DNA from: Gemmatimonadota bacterium | GTDB lineage: Bacteria > Gemmatimonadota > Gemmatimonadetes > Gemmatimonadales > GWC2-71-9 | Length of the DNA: 64,000 nt | Direction of reading: 5' to 3' | Assembly: GCA_036679605.1 (NCBI GenBank) | Contig: JAZDCZ010000419.1 | Location: 1-64,000 of the forward strand | Part shown: one piece after another, positions 49,547 to 59,644 of the stretch | How positions within the stretch are numbered: position 1 is the stretch's first letter | Layout of the letters: the number at the start of each line of letters is the position of its first letter | Program-made: the position numbers and the translations under genes | The notes under the pieces: generated by a model | The model's database searches: none | Told to the model about the DNA's origin: nothing | Seen by the model: only the letters and a program-made list of their open reading frames with translations

Positions 49547-51105
49547 CTTGTTAACTCCAGGTCCACCACTCTGGTCAATTCATTCCTTTGGATCTTCCCG
49601 CTCGCTGTCGTCGGCAGTACATCGAAGAACCGGACCAGATCTGGGATCTTGTAATCGGCGAGCTGATCCCGGCAAAACTCTTTGAGTTCATCTCCGGTGA
49701 TAATTGCACCCTCGACCGGTACCACGCACGCACAAATGAGTTCGCCCAACACTTCGTTCGGAACTCCTACAATGCACGCCTCATCCACGCCAGGATGCGT
49801 ACGGAGCATATCCTCCAACTCGCGCGGGAAGATATTGTAACCGCCCCGAATAATCATTTCCTTGCTGCGGCCCACGATCGTCACGAAGCCATTTTCATCA
49901 ATCACTGCGAGATCCCCTGTCTTGAAAAAACCTTCTTCTGTAAGCGACCGTTTGGTCTCAGATGGCATCCGATAGTAGCCGGACATGACATTGAACCCCC
50001 GCACTACCAACTCTCCCACCGCCTCCGGACCATGTAGCGCTCCCGTCGTAACATCACCCACCTTGACTTCCACACCTTCCAAAGGCCTGCCCACTGTGGT
50101 GTCACGGGTCTCTGGTGGGTCGCTGTCACGCGTTATGGTCACGGTGGGCGCCGTCTCGGTCAATCCATACGCGATTTGGACGTTGTTCCAGCCGCGGATG
50201 CGTCGGACCAAATCAGCGGATACCGGACTGCCTGCGGCAATGCCTGTACGTACAGTGGACAGGTCACGTCCCTCAAACGAAGGGTGGCGCATCAACAGAT
50301 GGAACATGGTCGGGACGCCGTGACAAATCGTAACTCCCTCGGACTCGATAAGATCGAGGATTTGAGTGGGATCGAACCGGTCATGGAGAACTAAGGCACC
50401 ACCTGTGACCAGTGTGCTAATTGCGATGTGCGCTCCAAAAATAGTGAAGAGAGGCACCGCGCTCAAGACGCGGTCGCACTCAGATTGCCCGAGCACTTCG
50501 GCAGTGAGAACGGCCGTTTTCACCAAGTTTTCGTGAGTTAGCACAACTCCCTTCGGTTTCCCTGTTGTGCCGGAGGTGTAGAGAATTGCTTCAGGGGATC
50601 CATCGTCCAGCTCGATCGGAGGCAATACCTGCTTCTTGCCACGAACCAGCATGTCACTGAATTGGAAGACTCTGTCGTCATACCAGAGGTCTTCCTCTGC
50701 CACGAGAATCAGATACTGTAGATCAGGCAGTTCGGAAATCAGGTCGTCGAATAACTCCAGATACTCCACGTCGCCGGCAGCATCCGAGGCCACCGCCAGA
50801 CAGACCTCCGCATGGCGTAACTGATAGCTGAGTTCGCGGTATCCTAGGGAGGGATTCAGCGGTACCACCACGGCCCCGAGCTTGGCCGCGGCTAAAAGAG
50901 TAATCACCCATTCCGGTTCGTTGGGAAGGTCCACTGCCACGCGGTCGCCTAGCCCGACGCCCAAACCACTCATCGATGCAGCCAGAGCCGTAGCGGCCGC
51001 GTCCACGTGTTCATAGGTGAGGTGCCGCGATCCCTGGATCAGGCATTCCCGACTAGGCTGTTCTCTTACCCTCTCGGCGAAAAGATGCGCCAGGTGATAC
51101 CTCAA
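49543..51105 (-). CDS. Long-chain fatty acid--CoA ligase family
   Basis: [35 protein letters not shown]. Confidence 0.92.
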   Translation of the reverse strand: MRYHLAHLFAERVREQPSRECLIQGSRHLTYEHVDAAATALAASMSGLGVGLGDRVAVDLPNEPEWVITLLAAAKLGAVVVPLNPSLGYRELSYQLRHAEVCLAVASDAAGDVEYLELFDDLISELPDLQYLILVAEEDLWYDDRVFQFSDMLVRGKKQVLPPIELDDGSPEAILYTSGTTGKPKGVVLTHENLVKTAVLTAEVLGQSECDRVLSAVPLFTIFGAHIAISTLVTGGALVLHDRFDPTQILDLIESEGVTICHGVPTMFHLLMRHPSFEGRDLSTVRTGIAAGSPVSADLVRRIRGWNNVQIAYGLTETAPTVTITRDSDPPETRDTTVGRPLEGVEVKVGDVTTGALHGPEAVGELVVRGFNVMSGYYRMPSETKRSLTEEGFFKTGDLAVIDENGFVTIVGRSKEMIIRGGYNIFPRELEDMLRTHPGVDEACIVGVPNEVLGELICACVVPVEGAIITGDELKEFCRDQLADYKIPDLVRFFDVLPTTASGKIQRNELTRVVDLELTS

Positions 51106-51168
51106 ATACTACCTCCAATATCGCGGCCACCGGCCGACGATGAACCGAGTGCATCCCAGAATCTTTAT

Positions 51169-51723
51169 TTAGCCTATCCCCTCTAACTGATGCAGGGTGT
51201 CCTCGCCATAGAACATCCGAATGTACTTGGCCTGCACCGGCGTCAGCCGACGCACCGCCCATGTCAACAAAACAAAGTGCGGTTCGGTGGGTTTATTGAT
51301 TGGAAACATTCCGCACTGCCCAGGGAGGCGGTTGCCCTTTCTGGTGTTACAACTAGAACACGCCGTGACTACGTTGTTCCATCGGTTCGTTCCCCCTCGG
51401 GAGAGGGGAACGAGGTGGTCACGTGTAAGACACTCACGGAACTTGAACTCGCGGGGACTCCTTCCACAGTATTGACACCTGTATCCGTCTCGTGCGAACA
51501 GGAACGTGTTCGTAACCTGCCGACGGAATTTCCGAGGCACATGGACGAACCTGACAAGCCGGATCACCGAGGGTCTCGGAATCGTGATGGACGGGCTTCT
51601 AATCAGCCGCCGTCCGTCAGCTTCAACTATCTCGGCCTTCCCGTCGAGTACCAATCTGAGCGCACGCCGCACAGGGACGAGCGTCAGAGGTTCGAACGAC
51701 GCGTTAAGAGCCAAACAGCGCAA
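51169..51723 (-). CDS. HNH endonuclease (McrA-like small family)
   Basis: LNASFEPL, RDGYRCQYCG, DHLVPLSRGG, WNNVVTACSSCNTRKGN. Confidence 0.92.
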   Translation of the reverse strand: MRCLALNASFEPLTLVPVRRALRLVLDGKAEIVEADGRRLIRSPSITIPRPSVIRLVRFVHVPRKFRRQVTNTFLFARDGYRCQYCGRSPREFKFRECLTRDHLVPLSRGGTNRWNNVVTACSSCNTRKGNRLPGQCGMFPINKPTEPHFVLLTWAVRRLTPVQAKYIRMFYGEDTLHQLEGIG

Positions 51724-51832
51724 GGCAAAGCTCCCAGTTAGGTTACAGGCACTTCCGCCGCCATAAGTCTATCTGATGGCGTAAGGCGTTGCAATGGGTC
51801 ATGTTGCACGATCATTTCCAAAAAGAGCGACC

Positions 51833-52066
51833 ATGCTTACGCGGGACGGTCTCCGTGGCCAGATTGAACGACACATAGACGGGCTGATTACTCTGGAAAC
51901 CCTGTCCTCATGGGCTGAGCAGGTCTTCCGTGAGGAGGATTTCGAACCCGAATTCGCCGGCCAGATCGGCTCAGTGTTATCGGTGCTGCGGGATGCCACC
52001 GATCCGCACCGCTTCAGGTGGGAGGAGCCAGATCTAGAATCCCTGTCAGATTCCCTGCAAGAGTGA
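51833..52066 (+). CDS. Small acidic hypothetical protein
   Basis: ORF fills the gap and has protein-like composition. Confidence 0.55.
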   Translation: MLTRDGLRGQIERHIDGLITLETLSSWAEQVFREEDFEPEFAGQIGSVLSVLRDATDPHRFRWEEPDLESLSDSLQE

Positions 52067-52108
52067 GCGGAGCGACTAGCGAGACCCTTGTTGAGCAGAC
52101 TCTAGGAT

Positions 52109-52993
52109 ATGAGTAAGCCGGTTCTTGTCTGGATCGGCTTGAGCCTGATCTGGGGCTCGACATGGCTCTTCATAAAGATAGGACTTGCCGACCTTCCTCC
52201 CTTTACCTTTGCCACTGTCCGATTCGCCCTGGCAATCGTGGCGCTGGCACCAGTGACGGTAATGCGCCGCGTCAAACTTCCCAGAAACCCCGCGGATTGG
52301 GCTCTGATGATCGGAACGGGGATCTTGCTGTTCTCAGTCACGTACGGATTGGTCTTCTGGGGTGAACAGTATATTTCCTCGGGCATGACCGCGTTGCTTT
52401 TCTCGACCTTCCCGCTCTTCGGCCTCGTGATCGCACACTTTCATCTACATGACGAAAAAATGACCACAGCCAAAGTATCGGGCACAGTCATTGGCCTTGG
52501 GGGTGTCGCTCTAGTTCTATCGAACCAACTCCATACAACTGGTGAGCTAGCTCTTTGGGCAAGCATCGGCATAGTCGCATCCGCCGCAGTCGCCGCCTAC
52601 GCCGACGTGCTAATCAAGGCCCACGGCGCCCATCTGGATCCAACGCTTATGACTCTCGTTCAGATGTGCGCCGGCGTGGTCCCTCTTGCGGCTATCGCTC
52701 TATACATCGAGGGCAACCCAATCGACTTCAGCTGGTCTCCACTGGCCGTAATGTCCACCGTCTACCTCGCCCTGATCGGGACCGCGTTGAGCTTTGTGCT
52801 GCTCTATTGGCTGTTCAAGCATATGGACGTCACCAGAACCATGTTGATCACATTCGTGACCCCACTGGTAGCCGTCGTCCTCGGCGTGATTGTGCTGCAG
52901 GAGACATTCACATGGAGAACCGGGACGGGTGGAGTGGCCATCTTGTTGGGGCTCGCTATGGTCGTTTGGCAGCCGAGGTCTGGGGACGGATAA
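52109..52993 (+). CDS. EamA/DMT family transporter
   Basis: IWGSTWLFIK, 10 hydrophobic segments, VTPLVAVVLG. Confidence 0.92.
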   Translation: MSKPVLVWIGLSLIWGSTWLFIKIGLADLPPFTFATVRFALAIVALAPVTVMRRVKLPRNPADWALMIGTGILLFSVTYGLVFWGEQYISSGMTALLFSTFPLFGLVIAHFHLHDEKMTTAKVSGTVIGLGGVALVLSNQLHTTGELALWASIGIVASAAVAAYADVLIKAHGAHLDPTLMTLVQMCAGVVPLAAIALYIEGNPIDFSWSPLAVMSTVYLALIGTALSFVLLYWLFKHMDVTRTMLITFVTPLVAVVLGVIVLQETFTWRTGTGGVAILLGLAMVVWQPRSGDG

Positions 52994-52998
52994 AGAAA

Positions 52999-53033
52999 AC
53001 CGGCCGTCTCCGAAAGAATCGACGACGGCCGGT
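52999..53033. terminator. Hairpin between convergent eamA-like and pilX-like genes
   Basis: ACCGGCCGTC...GACGGCCGGT with an A-rich left flank (U-tract on the minus strand). Confidence 0.6.
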
Positions 53034-53057
53034 ATGGATCAAGGAATCTAATCCCGT

Positions 53058-54182
53058 TCAATAGGAATAAAGCCAACCGCGCGAACGCAACATGGAACCT
53101 GGAGCCGCGTTGGTCAGAACGCGGCTCTTGGCACAGGCCGAATATTGCACCAATGCATTACCCAAAACAGTGTTCTGGTCCAGATCGACGTTCGCCGCCA
53201 TGACCGCGCCATTGAAGTGGCCTCCCGTACCAGTGGTCTTGAGAGACTTCTTCACAATCACAATGCCAAAGAACTCAAAGCCTCCTTGAACCGACAGGCT
53301 ACCGTCCACCAAGAGTATGCCTTGCCCGGCACCACCGCTTATGGACAGATTGCCCGGAGAATACAAGATCGGGAAGTAGCCACCACAAGTCGATGCAGGA
53401 TTGATGGGATCTCCCCAATTATCCTGGTCGGACGTTGTGCAGTCATTGTTGGCATCAAAGGTAGGTCCGACGCCTGTGTGCGTTGACGGAGTCAACTGCT
53501 TGGTAGCCATTGCGACAAGCGCGTCCCAGTCCATATCCCCATATTTAAAGAACGTCGAGTCGGCTACAGACGAATCGGCATCCACTTGGGGAGAGCCGTC
53601 TATGCACGATCCGTCGCTACACTTCCCTTGGGTTGTAAGATCGCTCGCTTGCGGTAAGCGAATTCCGGCCAAATCAGAATCTGGATCGCAGCTCGCCCAG
53701 CCCAAGGGATCCACATTCTGACCGTGTACCTCCGCGGATCCACCAATGCGGGTTGGGCCCTGAGTGGTTAGGGCTGCTTGGATGTCCATATCGATGGGCC
53801 GCAACCGCACGAACGAACCTACCCGCGCCTGAGCACCACTGCTGGCGTCCTCACCCACTATGTTGACCAAAAAGAGTTCGTTGTTGAGCCGCCTCACCGT
53901 ACCCGAGTAGGTGCCCGAACCCTGCGGAGTCGACCCGCTTACCGCCACGGACACATTTATCGCAGTAAGGTTCAGACTAGTCGAATTCCAGTTACCAACC
54001 GTCTGGCCAAGACCATACTCGGCAGCAGCGAACGCCTGGCCCTGACGCCTCGTATTTGAAGCCGTGCGGTGATCCATAATGCTCACAGCTACAAATGCCG
54101 TGACCAGAGAGCCCGCTACTACCAAGCCCAAAATGGATACCAAGAGGGCAACCCCTCGCTCGTTTCTCAAGTGTCTCATCAT
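53058..54182 (-). CDS. PilX-like type IV minor pilin with a large C-terminal domain
   Basis: ERG|VALLVS (no Glu5), QAFAAAEYGL. Confidence 0.8.
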   Translation of the reverse strand: MMRHLRNERGVALLVSILGLVVAGSLVTAFVAVSIMDHRTASNTRRQGQAFAAAEYGLGQTVGNWNSTSLNLTAINVSVAVSGSTPQGSGTYSGTVRRLNNELFLVNIVGEDASSGAQARVGSFVRLRPIDMDIQAALTTQGPTRIGGSAEVHGQNVDPLGWASCDPDSDLAGIRLPQASDLTTQGKCSDGSCIDGSPQVDADSSVADSTFFKYGDMDWDALVAMATKQLTPSTHTGVGPTFDANNDCTTSDQDNWGDPINPASTCGGYFPILYSPGNLSISGGAGQGILLVDGSLSVQGGFEFFGIVIVKKSLKTTGTGGHFNGAVMAANVDLDQNTVLGNALVQYSACAKSRVLTNAAPGSMLRSRGWLYSY

Positions 54183-54196
54183 AGTCTCCTAGCTGC

Positions 54197-55072
54197 CTAA
54201 AATCGCGGATTGTTGCGTAATGCCACCCGTGTAATCAATGAGTCGCGTGCATACTGGGCGCTACCAATACCACGCCTCACGAGCGCCCGGGACTCACCGC
54301 GCAGTATGACCTGGATACTTGCGATCAGGGAACTAACCGCCGTCACAGTGCCCGAGGAATCGTAATACGTCAAAGCAAGCCCCGACGCTGTAAGCGGACC
54401 TACAAGGGGTTGCGCAGTGGACCAGGTACCCGATCGGTTAGCGGTACGCTGCCCCATCCACCAGCGAGCATTTGATTGAAGTAACGAGATCTCCTCGGTC
54501 TGAAAACCCCTAATTGGCGCACCCGAAGTGACCAGGTTGAGACCTGCGTTCTGGCCTCCAGACGCCGCTGTAATCTGAACCGTTACCGTCGTCGCAGCTG
54601 ATGCATCTGTACAGGTGCTCGTTCCCACAGCGGTAACCGCACCACCTAACCAAGTGTCATCCGTCCTGATTGTAATATCACCGTCCGCAAATATCAGCAC
54701 CGAGTCTTCAGTAGCGTTGGGGGCTCTCATACCGTATACCATGTCGGCCCTAAAACTGAACACCACCAAGGTGCCTGCTCCGTTGGCCGGAGGAGCACAA
54801 AGCACTCCCGTCCACCTCATGCTGCGGAACCGTAACTGCGTGGCTGTAGCAACGCTTATGTCATTGTCACCGGCATCGACTTCCCTCAGCACACTGCTCA
54901 GGTACGAAACACCAGCCCGCAGGTTTTGATGCAGCTCCATTTTCTGCATTCCAGCTTGGGATGCTCTCTGAGTGCTGACGACCGACTGCAATACGGCCAT
55001 GGACACCAAACCGCCTAGCGCGAGCGCAATCAGGAGTTCGATGAGAGAAAACCCTCGACGGTTCAATTGCAT
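54197..55072 (-). CDS. PilW-like type IV minor pilin
   Basis: RG|FSLIELL, terminal VALRN. Confidence 0.82.
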   Translation of the reverse strand: MQLNRRGFSLIELLIALALGGLVSMAVLQSVVSTQRASQAGMQKMELHQNLRAGVSYLSSVLREVDAGDNDISVATATQLRFRSMRWTGVLCAPPANGAGTLVVFSFRADMVYGMRAPNATEDSVLIFADGDITIRTDDTWLGGAVTAVGTSTCTDASAATTVTVQITAASGGQNAGLNLVTSGAPIRGFQTEEISLLQSNARWWMGQRTANRSGTWSTAQPLVGPLTASGLALTYYDSSGTVTAVSSLIASIQVILRGESRALVRRGIGSAQYARDSLITRVALRNNPRF

Positions 55073-55440
55073 GGCATTGCCTTCTCAAAGGTATCCGCTC
55101 GCTCGCGGCCCCGAGTCATGGGATATTGCACCACGAGAAGAACGTCCCTAGCACGACTAGTCGCCGTGCCGCTCACGGTCCAGTCGAGTTTGTAGATTCC
55201 TTGCAATGTGTCTGACCCAAGTGTGGCACCGAGACATCCACGCGCGCTCAATCGTTCTAGTCGATCACTAGCATAGTACGCCGCCTCTGCCGTCCTGTTT
55301 CCGTCTCCGAGAATGCGTACAGTCTTTGTCAGAGCCGTTAGAAGGCCTATCAAGCCTATCGCAAGAATGCTGATGGCAATGAGTACCTCCGCGAGCGTAA
55401 AACCCGAATTGCCTTTTTTGTTTGCGTTATCCATTACCAA
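55063..55440 (-). CDS. PilV-like type IV minor pilin
   Basis: SG|FTLAEVLIAISILAIGL. Confidence 0.82.
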   Translation of the reverse strand: MVMDNANKKGNSGFTLAEVLIAISILAIGLIGLLTALTKTVRILGDGNRTAEAAYYASDRLERLSARGCLGATLGSDTLQGIYKLDWTVSGTATSRARDVLLVVQYPMTRGRERADTFEKAMPCN

Positions 55441-55886
55441 ACGGCCCTCCCGATCGGTGATATGGTCAACGAGTCAGAGTAGGAAGATCTCGAAAACTTC
55501 ATTGTCAGCCAGGCCGATCCCGTCGCGATTCCGGTTGGCGCAAAGGTGACTGAATCACCGACCTGCGTCAGCCCAATGCCGTAAAGGTCAGCCAAGCGAT
55601 CGACCGACCCCACGGTGTCGACCCCGGTTCCATCCTTCTTGCAAACCGTCACCCAAACCAGAGGAATACTACCTGCCGCGACGTGAAATACACTTCGGCA
55701 CCCCCGGGTCGTGGCAATCGCCCTGGCCTGCGCCAGATGCGTAGACACATTTCTCCGAGCCGAGCGAATCGAGTCCTTTAGCATGCCTTGTTTCATACGA
55801 GGTATCGCAACAGCCGCAACAATGCCGACTATCGCCATGGCAACTAGAAGCTCAATTAGGCTAAATCCGTGTTTTGCTTTCCACAT
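55434..55886 (-). CDS. FimT/FimU/GspH-like minor pilin
   Basis: HG|FSLIELL..AIP, LAQARAIA, VTFAPTG, ISPIGR. Confidence 0.82.
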   Translation of the reverse strand: MWKAKHGFSLIELLVAMAIVGIVAAVAIPRMKQGMLKDSIRSARRNVSTHLAQARAIATTRGCRSVFHVAAGSIPLVWVTVCKKDGTGVDTVGSVDRLADLYGIGLTQVGDSVTFAPTGIATGSAWLTMKFSRSSYSDSLTISPIGRAVW

Positions 55887-55968
55887 ACAACACCCGCCTG
55901 GACGACCTACATGGGTTGGTTCGGATCACGATGGTCGAACCCAGATTAAGGTACAGTTTTCTCCGTTG

Positions 55969-55982
55969 GCAAACTGTGTTCC
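55969..55982 (-). promoter_or_regulatory. Candidate sigma54 -24/-12 promoter (proximal)
   Basis: Minus strand GGAACACAGTTTGC (GG-N10-GC). Confidence 0.45.
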
Positions 55983-56082
55983 GTTTCACAAACGGAGTGC
56001 GACGACGCTCACTCACTAAAAGTATCCCCTTCGTCATGCAATAGACTAGAGCGCCACACGCTTAGAGTCGCAGCTTGAAAGG

Positions 56083-56097
56083 GCAAGGTCTGTGCCT
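56083..56097 (-). promoter_or_regulatory. Candidate sigma54 -24/-12 promoter (distal)
   Basis: Minus strand AGGCACAGACCTTGC is close to the TGGCAC-N5-TTGC consensus. An IHF-like TTGCAATGAGTTA lies ~20 nt upstream. Confidence 0.6.
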
Positions 56098-56465
56098 ATC
56101 CGTTAGGTCAATGATTGCAATGAGTTAGGGGACACCGCTGTGTTTAGATGCATGGCAAAATGCATCGTGCCCAGCGGTACGCGGGGCTGAGATCTGGAAC
56201 TTCGCGGCCGGTGAGCACGGTGCCGGTGACCTGTTAGCTGCAACCAAAGGCAGCGGCAGCGCATCTATGGATGGGAATTGGGAAATCAGGCGGTGAAACC
56301 CGCTTGGCTCAAACTCGTAATGTTGACTAGTAGAGTGTAAGCGGTGGCGTGTTGAGCAACTTGCTGCCAGGCAAGGCTAACTCGTCGGGAGGGGACGAGC
56401 GGGACCATGCAAAGCCCGGCTCAGCGCGCCGCCAGCTTACATCCACACTCCAAACTAACTTGCGA

Positions 56466-57863
56466 TCACAACGAGAACTTCTGCGAGAGTTCGTCGATCT
56501 GCCGCATTACTGAGTCTCGCGAGGAGCCTCCGGCAGTAGATCGGCGCTCGATGGAGTCTTCCCAGGATCCCAAACCCGCTATGAGCGCTGGCAAAGCGGG
56601 GTGAATCTCCACGGCTGTCTCAACAGAAACCTCGGTAAGCGATACTGAAGCAGATTCTGCAGCCAGAACCAATTCGCCAATCATGCAGTGCGCATCCCTG
56701 AACGGCACGCCAGTAACTACCAACCCGTCAGCCAGGTCGGTGGCCAAGAGCGTTGGATCAAGGGCCGCGCTCATCCGATCAGCGCACACCTCGAGGGTGG
56801 CGACCGTACCTCGCATCGCGGGTAAGGTGAGTAGCAGGGTATCGACGGCATCGAATAGCAGCGCCTTATCCTCCTGCAGATCCTTGGCATAACCCGACGG
56901 TAGCCCCCGCAACAGCGACAGAAGCCCGGTCAGATCACCGACTATCCGCGACTGTTTGGCACGGGTCAGTTCCAGCACGTCCGGATTCCTCTTCTGGGGC
57001 ATGAGGCTCGAGCCCGTACAAAAACGCTCCGAAAGTCTGACAAATCCGCATTCTGCCGACGCGTAGGTCAGTAGATCTCCAGCCAAGCGGGAAACGTTGG
57101 TGGCCGCCATCGCTACAGTAAACAGCAACTCAGCCACGAAATCCCTGGCGCCAGTGCCGTCAAGAGCGTTCGAAGTAGCGCGCTGGAACCCGAGCGCTTC
57201 CGCCAGTACATCGCGGTCTACGATTATTCCTGAGCCCGCCAACGCTCCTGAGCCAAGCGGAAGCTCAGCTATCCGTTCCGCAGCATCGGCCAGCCTGGAT
57301 CGATCGCGACACAGCGGATACGCGTGCGCGAGAAGTACATAGGCCCATCTTATGGGCTGCGCCCTCTGACCGTGGGTGTAGCCGGGCAAAATGATATCAA
57401 TGCTGTTCTCAGCTTGATCCACCAGCGCCCTACCCAGCGCTGCCAACTCGGAGTCTATCTTCTCGATAGCATCGAGACACCACAACCGGAGGTCGGTTGT
57501 AACCTGATCGTTTCGAGACCGGCCCGTATTGAGTTTGCCCGCAATCGAGCCAACCTCTTCGTACAGCAGTCGCTCAACCAGGGTGTGGACGTCTTCGTCT
57601 TCGGCGCCAACGGCGGCGCCGTCAGCCAAACGGCCGGCCACCCGATCCAAACCGATCAACAGACGCTCTCTCTCTTCTGTGTCGAGCACGTGCGCACCAT
57701 AAAGCGCCGACACCCACGCTCTTGCAGCCTTGATATCATAAGGCCAGAGGCGGATGTCGACTGAGAGGCTTTCGTTCAGGTCGACAACGCTCTGCTCGAT
57801 TCCTGACGCGAACCTTCCTCCCCAAAGCTGATAGGAGGTCTCGCAATCGGTTTGTAAGGTCAT
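56466..57863 (-). CDS. argH: Argininosuccinate lyase
   Basis: LWGGRF, GRSRNDQV, PGYTH, GSSLMPQKRNPD, KDLQEDK. Confidence 0.97.
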   Translation of the reverse strand: MTLQTDCETSYQLWGGRFASGIEQSVVDLNESLSVDIRLWPYDIKAARAWVSALYGAHVLDTEERERLLIGLDRVAGRLADGAAVGAEDEDVHTLVERLLYEEVGSIAGKLNTGRSRNDQVTTDLRLWCLDAIEKIDSELAALGRALVDQAENSIDIILPGYTHGQRAQPIRWAYVLLAHAYPLCRDRSRLADAAERIAELPLGSGALAGSGIIVDRDVLAEALGFQRATSNALDGTGARDFVAELLFTVAMAATNVSRLAGDLLTYASAECGFVRLSERFCTGSSLMPQKRNPDVLELTRAKQSRIVGDLTGLLSLLRGLPSGYAKDLQEDKALLFDAVDTLLLTLPAMRGTVATLEVCADRMSAALDPTLLATDLADGLVVTGVPFRDAHCMIGELVLAAESASVSLTEVSVETAVEIHPALPALIAGLGSWEDSIERRSTAGGSSRDSVMRQIDELSQKFSL

Positions 57864-59089
57864 GAAGTCGATTTCATCGACGAAAGCGGCTCAGATAACC
57901 CAACACGGGCGCCTAGGCGCGCAGGAAGAGAGAAAAGGTTAATGAACCCACTCGCGTCCGCCTGATCGAACACGTCATCCGCTCCAAATGTCGCGTGTTC
58001 AGCAGAGTAGAGTGAGAACGGACTCTGTCTGGACAAAACGGTCAGAGATCCCTTGTAAAGTTGGAGCCGCACCGTTCCGGTCACTCGCTTCTGGGTGACA
58101 TTCACCAAAGCATCGAGCGCCTCTCGTTCCGTGGACCACCACCAACCCTCGTACACCAGATCGGCGTATCGTTGTGAGAGCTGATCCTTGAGATCGAGCG
58201 TGCGGCGGTCGAGCACGAGTTGTTCGAGTGCACGATGCGCTGCCCGGAGGACCGTTCCCGCCGGAGTCTCGTACACGCCACGTGACTTCATGCCCACGAG
58301 CCGATCTTCCACCACGTCATCCCGGCCGACACCGTGTGCTCCAGCCACGTCGTTCAGCGACGCCACCAACGCCACGGGACCAAGCGGTACGCCGTCTACC
58401 GAAACAGGCGTGCCCTCTTCGAACCCGATGCTCAGCTGTTCGGGATCGTTGGGAGCGTCGCATGGGTCGGAGGTCAGCAAGAAGAGGTCACTCGGCGGTT
58501 TCAAGCCGGGATCTTCAAGGCTTCCGCCCTCGTGCGAGCAATGCCACAAGTTGCGGTCCCGGCTGAACGGCTTCTCTGGGCAGGCCGCTACGTCGATGTC
58601 CTTGCTCCGGAGATATGCGAGAAGGTCCTCGCGGCCCCGGAACTCCCAAATCCGCCATGGGGCTATGACTTCCAGATCAGGAGCGAGCGCCCTGTAGGTC
58701 AGCTCGAACCGCACCTGGTCATTCCCCTTTCCCGTACATCCATGGACCAGCGCCGTGGCCCCAGCGTCGCGAGCGGCGGCTACCTGCCCCGCAGCGATGA
58801 CCGGTCGGGCGATCGCGGTCCCGAGCAAGTAGCTGCGCGCGTACACAGCACCGGCCTTGAGTGTTGGAAACACGAACTCCGTCACCAACCGCTCCCGCAG
58901 GTCCTCTATGACACATCCTGCCGCCCCGGAGCAAATCGCCTTCGCCTCTAGGCCACGGAGTTCGTCCTCTCCCTGACCCACATCAGCAGCGTAACACAGC
59001 ACCCTAACCCCATACTGCTCGCGCAACCACGGCACTATTGCCGAGGTGTCTACCCCCCCGGAGTATGCCAGCACCACTAGACGTTCCAT
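57860..59089 (-). CDS. argG: Argininosuccinate synthase
   Basis: LAYSGGVDTS, HGCTGKGNDQVRFE, GMKSRGVYETP. Confidence 0.97.
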   Translation of the reverse strand: MERLVVLAYSGGVDTSAIVPWLREQYGVRVLCYAADVGQGEDELRGLEAKAICSGAAGCVIEDLRERLVTEFVFPTLKAGAVYARSYLLGTAIARPVIAAGQVAAARDAGATALVHGCTGKGNDQVRFELTYRALAPDLEVIAPWRIWEFRGREDLLAYLRSKDIDVAACPEKPFSRDRNLWHCSHEGGSLEDPGLKPPSDLFLLTSDPCDAPNDPEQLSIGFEEGTPVSVDGVPLGPVALVASLNDVAGAHGVGRDDVVEDRLVGMKSRGVYETPAGTVLRAAHRALEQLVLDRRTLDLKDQLSQRYADLVYEGWWWSTEREALDALVNVTQKRVTGTVRLQLYKGSLTVLSRQSPFSLYSAEHATFGADDVFDQADASGFINLFSLPARLGARVGLSEPLSSMKSTS

Positions 59090-59102
59090 CCTCGACTTGC
59101 TC

Positions 59103-59136
59103 CCAGTTAATATACAGTGGACTGTATAAATATACT
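59103..59136. promoter_or_regulatory. ARG box(es), putative ArgR operator upstream of argG
   Basis: TGTATAAATATACT (59123-59136) fits TGNATWWWWATNCA, with an adjacent half-match TTAATATACA. This is an AT-rich island in GC-rich DNA. Confidence 0.7.
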
Positions 59137-59151
59137 ACGGGGCGGTTTGGA

Positions 59152-59607
59152 TCAAGGGGTAAGGCCGGCCAGACCTCTCAGGCGTCGCAGTAGGGTCCGA
59201 CAATTCTTGTCGGAGCGCGTGATTATTAGGATTGTGTCGTCGCCGGCAACCGTACCCATGATCTCTTTCCACCCCTGGAGATCGATGGCACTACCCAGGG
59301 CATTGGCACTTCCGGCCGGTGTCCGAATGACCAACAGATTGCCGGCCTTATCCAGGGAGACGAGCAGTGTGGCGAGTAATTGATCCAATGACGGTCGCAG
59401 GACGTCTCCGTCGGAGGGAGGTGCATAATGCGAAACACCGTCGGGGTCTGTGACTTTGACAAGTCGCAGCTCGCGAATGTCCCGCGACAGAGTGGCCTGG
59501 GTAACCTCGATATCCTGCTCACGTAACAGTTGGCGGAGCTGTTCCTGACTCTGGACCAGGTGCTGCCGGAGAAACTTCATGATGGCCGCGTGGCGCCGTG
59601 TCTTCAT
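59152..59607 (-). CDS. argR: Arginine repressor
   Basis: TQATLSRDIREL, RTPAGSA, GTVAGDDT. Confidence 0.96.
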   Translation of the reverse strand: MKTRRHAAIMKFLRQHLVQSQEQLRQLLREQDIEVTQATLSRDIRELRLVKVTDPDGVSHYAPPSDGDVLRPSLDQLLATLLVSLDKAGNLLVIRTPAGSANALGSAIDLQGWKEIMGTVAGDDTILIITRSDKNCRTLLRRLRGLAGLTP

Positions 59608-59644
59608 TTCGGACCGTGTCCACGGAGGCTCGCAGTGGGGTGAC

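Noticed and set aside
51169..51723. HNH gene as a homing endonuclease or defence system
   Set aside because: It matches a widespread small stand-alone HNH family, with no methylase, intron or defence neighbours.
55890..56460. c-di-GMP riboswitch upstream of the pilins (GGCAAA motifs)
   Set aside because: The motifs are on the wrong strand for the operon, and I could not build the second stem.
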